IMG/VR virus record: IMGVR_UViG_3300012943_000037
Span: 1 to 57,632 of that record
DNA: 57,632 nt
Origin: a virus
Lineage: Duplodnaviria; Caudoviricetes
Strand: one strand, 5' to 3'
Shown: positions 55,404-57,632 of the stretch, piece by piece
Position numbering within the stretch: the stretch's first letter is position 1
Layout: each line of letters starts with the position of its first letter
The notes under the pieces: model-generated
What the model was told of the DNA's origin: nothing
The model's database searches: none
The model's input: only the letters and a program-made list of their open reading frames with translations
Made by a program: the position numbers and the translations under genes

Positions 55404-55726
55404 GTAACCCTATAGCCGAGGCAAAGAAAACTGCTGCAAAGAGAGGTAAAGGGTTATATGAACAATTGGGTAGTGTAGATAGTTTGGAAGAATTAGCTTC
55501 AATAGACTACTCCTCTTTTAAGAGCACATGGGGTGACCAAGAGAAATACAGATCAGCACCTGTTGGATTAAATACACTCGGAACTCCGGGTATATTTACT
55601 GGACAGGTATCAACTGGTGGTTATGCCCAATCTATAGGGACTACAGACAATGCATTCATGATTAATACATCAGATGCAGGATTATCAAACTCATATTCGT
55701 TGACATCGGCAATGAATATGAAATAA
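55394..55726 (+). CDS. Open -1 frame continuing the upstream gene (candidate frameshift extension)
   Basis: Frame open from the slippery site to TAA at 55726, with no early ATG. Confidence 0.5.
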   Translation, partial: PFLSNPIAEAKKTAAKRGKGLYEQLGSVDSLEELASIDYSSFKSTWGDQEKYRSAPVGLNTLGTPGIFTGQVSTGGYAQSIGTTDNAFMINTSDAGLSNSYSLTSAMNMK

Positions 55727-55730
55727 TAAA

Positions 55731-55764
55731 AAGCCCTCTCTGCTTGGAAAAGTAGAGGGGGTTT
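55731..55764 (+). terminator. Terminator-like hairpin
   Basis: AAGCCCTCTCTGCTT-GGA-AAAGTAGAGGGGGTTT. Confidence 0.6.
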
Positions 55765-55773
55765 CTTATCTTT

Positions 55774-55980
55774 ATGAAACAAGAAAAGCAGGTAATTGAT
55801 TTTACCGATAAATTTGATAAGCTACTGAATTCCAAGCCTAAGAGTGGTAGCTTAAAAGAATGGAATAAAAAATGGGATTTACTGACAAAGGAGTTTTTGA
55901 ATGAAGAGTCAGAAGGAAAGAACACAGGAAAGAAGAGAAAGAAAAAGGCAGCAAAAGGAAAGAATGTGGGAGGTGTTTAA
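55774..55980 (+). CDS. small basic hypothetical protein
   Basis: ORF track; overlaps the next ORF. Confidence 0.4.
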   Translation: MKQEKQVIDFTDKFDKLLNSKPKSGSLKEWNKKWDLLTKEFLNEESEGKNTGKKRKKKAAKGKNVGGV

Positions 55981-56218
55981 GGAAATTTGGGAAGAGAGAC
56001 CACATTATAGTGAAATAAGCTGGACTCCCTTAGGAAGAGAAATTCTATCAATATATTTCCATCACATCCTACCTAAATCTACATGGGAAGAAGCCATGTT
56101 TGATAAAGACAATATCATCCTTCTTAGTGGGGATGAACACACTCTGGTGGAGAATGATCCAACCAGATATGAGGAGATTAATAAAAGGCGTGAAAAATTG
56201 AAGGAAAAATATGGTTGA
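55901..56218 (+). CDS. HNH-like nuclease
   Basis: FHHILPKS...NIILL...EH. Confidence 0.6.
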   Translation: MKSQKERTQERRERKRQQKERMWEVFKEIWEERPHYSEISWTPLGREILSIYFHHILPKSTWEEAMFDKDNIILLSGDEHTLVENDPTRYEEINKRREKLKEKYG

Positions 56219-56807
56219 TATTGAATTATTTAAAAAAGAATATTGGAGTAAGAGTGAGGCATTCTTATTACCTTTAACTGGTATCGGAAGCTCACATAAA
56301 TTCCCCGTAGAAACTTATCTATTTTGGGACGACTACTCCATAGAGAACTTTAACTTAATGGTAAAATTCTCCTATAAAGACTATGATGAATTTGTCAGCT
56401 ATTGTCAAAAGATCATCTTCCCTGTATGGGATAAAGGTGGATATGTTGTAGAAAGTTATGATTTTGGGAAGGAGACTGTATTTATTTTAGATATAAGTGA
56501 GTGGGCTTTAGATGTACAGATGTTTCTAGCAGGTAAATATAGTAAATTCAGCAGGGAAGCAAAGAGTATGATACAGGATTATCACATATATTATACTAAG
56601 GGAAAACCTCAGATTGATATTGAGATAGCTGGTATTCTTGATCCTATGAGAAGACATGCTGTTTTAGAGGATATGAACTGTATAGAATATGTAAGTGAGT
56701 ACTATGGATTACCTCTGCCAGAATTGCAGAAGTTAGGTGAGATTGGAAGTATCTACAACAAGGAAAAGGAAACATTGTCATACATTTCTGCTAAATTGGC
56801 AGATTGA
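56211..56807 (+). CDS. hypothetical protein
   Basis: FLLP...F-x-x-GKYSKFS-x-EAK pattern. Confidence 0.65.
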   Translation: MVDIELFKKEYWSKSEAFLLPLTGIGSSHKFPVETYLFWDDYSIENFNLMVKFSYKDYDEFVSYCQKIIFPVWDKGGYVVESYDFGKETVFILDISEWALDVQMFLAGKYSKFSREAKSMIQDYHIYYTKGKPQIDIEIAGILDPMRRHAVLEDMNCIEYVSEYYGLPLPELQKLGEIGSIYNKEKETLSYISAKLAD

Positions 56808-56846
56808 TAAGAAAGGTACTATTTTTGGACTATATAAAGAGTAATT

Positions 56847-57212
56847 ATGGATTTTAACCCCCTGTTCGATAGATTATGGGGAGCAGATGGAGTTCACCCT
56901 TTTGGTGATCCTTACAAATTTGACGAGTATATGACAGGTGAGATAGAATATGAGAAATTGGATGAAGAGATTTGTGAGTACTTAAAGGGTGACTTCAAAA
57001 CTACCATTATCTGTAAATTTAACAAACAAGGATATTTAGTATCCCATACAGCAGAATCTATTGATATAAGTGAACCTAGGGCTATTATGGAACAAACAAG
57101 AACAGAATTGTTCAAGGCACTTGATGAAGATAGATTTGAAGATGCCAAGATTTGTCAGGATAAGATAAATCAATTGAGGCAAATATTAGAATTAAGAAAA
57201 CCAACATTATAA
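56847..57212 (+). CDS. hypothetical protein with C-terminal UVR-like motif
   Basis: ALDEDRFEDAKICQDKINQL. Confidence 0.6.
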   Translation: MDFNPLFDRLWGADGVHPFGDPYKFDEYMTGEIEYEKLDEEICEYLKGDFKTTIICKFNKQGYLVSHTAESIDISEPRAIMEQTRTELFKALDEDRFEDAKICQDKINQLRQILELRKPTL

Positions 57213-57223
57213 ACCAACTAAAC

Positions 57224-57252
57224 AGGGGAGTCTCAGTAGGACTCCTCTTTTT
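57224..57252 (+). terminator. Intrinsic terminator
   Basis: AGGGGAGTCT-CAGT-AGGACTCCTCT-TTTT. Confidence 0.7.
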
Positions 57253-57257
57253 ATTTT

Positions 57258-57440
57258 ATGATTACATACGACGAAAGAAACAAAACAATTAACGTTCCAG
57301 ATGGTACGTCATTGAATGAATTGGCATGGTTTCTGAACAAGCATTCACATTTAGAAGATTTTAAAGTTATGATATATGGAGGAAGTGACACGCAAACAAA
57401 TCTTGGATACAGGGCTGGTATTCCCAACGGAACTGGTTAA
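57258..57440 (+). CDS. small hypothetical protein
   Basis: 60-aa ATG ORF. Confidence 0.45.
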   Translation: MITYDERNKTINVPDGTSLNELAWFLNKHSHLEDFKVMIYGGSDTQTNLGYRAGIPNGTG

Positions 57441-57632
57441 ACTGATCCCGACAAGACATTTTATAGAAAGGTTGGAAGAGAGGAGCTTAGGCTTAGACTG
57501 TATCCCAACTATGGTGAGAGTGACTAAAGAAAACATTCACTCAGGTAAGACAGAGGACGGAAAGACTCTTAAAAGCGTAGTAGTCCGACTGAAATACAGT
57601 CCGACTAAATATATATTTTTAGTATTTAATCC

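Noticed and set aside
3673-57536. Remaining minus-strand and nested alternative-frame ORFs in the track
   Set aside because: They overlap well-supported plus-strand genes and look like shadow ORFs
57582-57607. Short direct repeat AGTCCGACT x2 at the window end
   Set aside because: Only two copies at the edge of the window, so an iteron or operator role cannot be supported without flanking sequence
1-57632. Stop-codon reassignment as seen in some crAss-like phages
   Set aside because: Long conserved genes are intact under the standard code, and TAG and TGA both end ORFs. The tRNA at 32575 has loop TT-TCT-AA (Arg), not a CTA suppressor.

Overview
About 57.6 kb of an AT-rich double-stranded DNA phage genome, with essentially all genes densely packed on the + strand. 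The family B DNA polymerase, DnaB-like helicase, Sak4-like ATPase, putative SSB, primase, ligase, ThyX, class II RNR and RecA, together with their order, resemble the replication/metabolism module of a crAss-like (Bacteroidota) phage. No structural genes are visible and the standard genetic code reads well. The standout is the first 3.6 kb. A 5'-truncated DUF2828/vWA (Ro60/TROVE-like) gene is followed by an anticodon-less tRNA mimic and a tandem array of 13 small structured RNA units. Each unit is closed by its own 7-9 bp terminal stem, carries a conserved (A)CAGCAAA motif just inside the 5' strand, and most are separated by a GATA-like 4-nt spacer. Their cargo is tRNA-derived: isolated anticodon stem-loops (Pro, Cys, Met/Ile2, Thr, Leu), two circularly permuted tRNAs (CAT and Asp-GTC), and other tRNA-like folds. 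This looks like a Ro/Y-RNA-like system that displays tRNA decoys or mimics, though the function is inference. Other notable items are a WGR-PARP, a macrodomain, an NMNAT-like enzyme, a CoaB/class II aldolase fusion, a Mesh1-like HD hydrolase, an IF3 C-terminal domain, a dispersed RNA end-repair gene set, a tandem paralog cluster and a candidate -1 frameshift. All family calls come from motifs recognised by eye, not from database searches.
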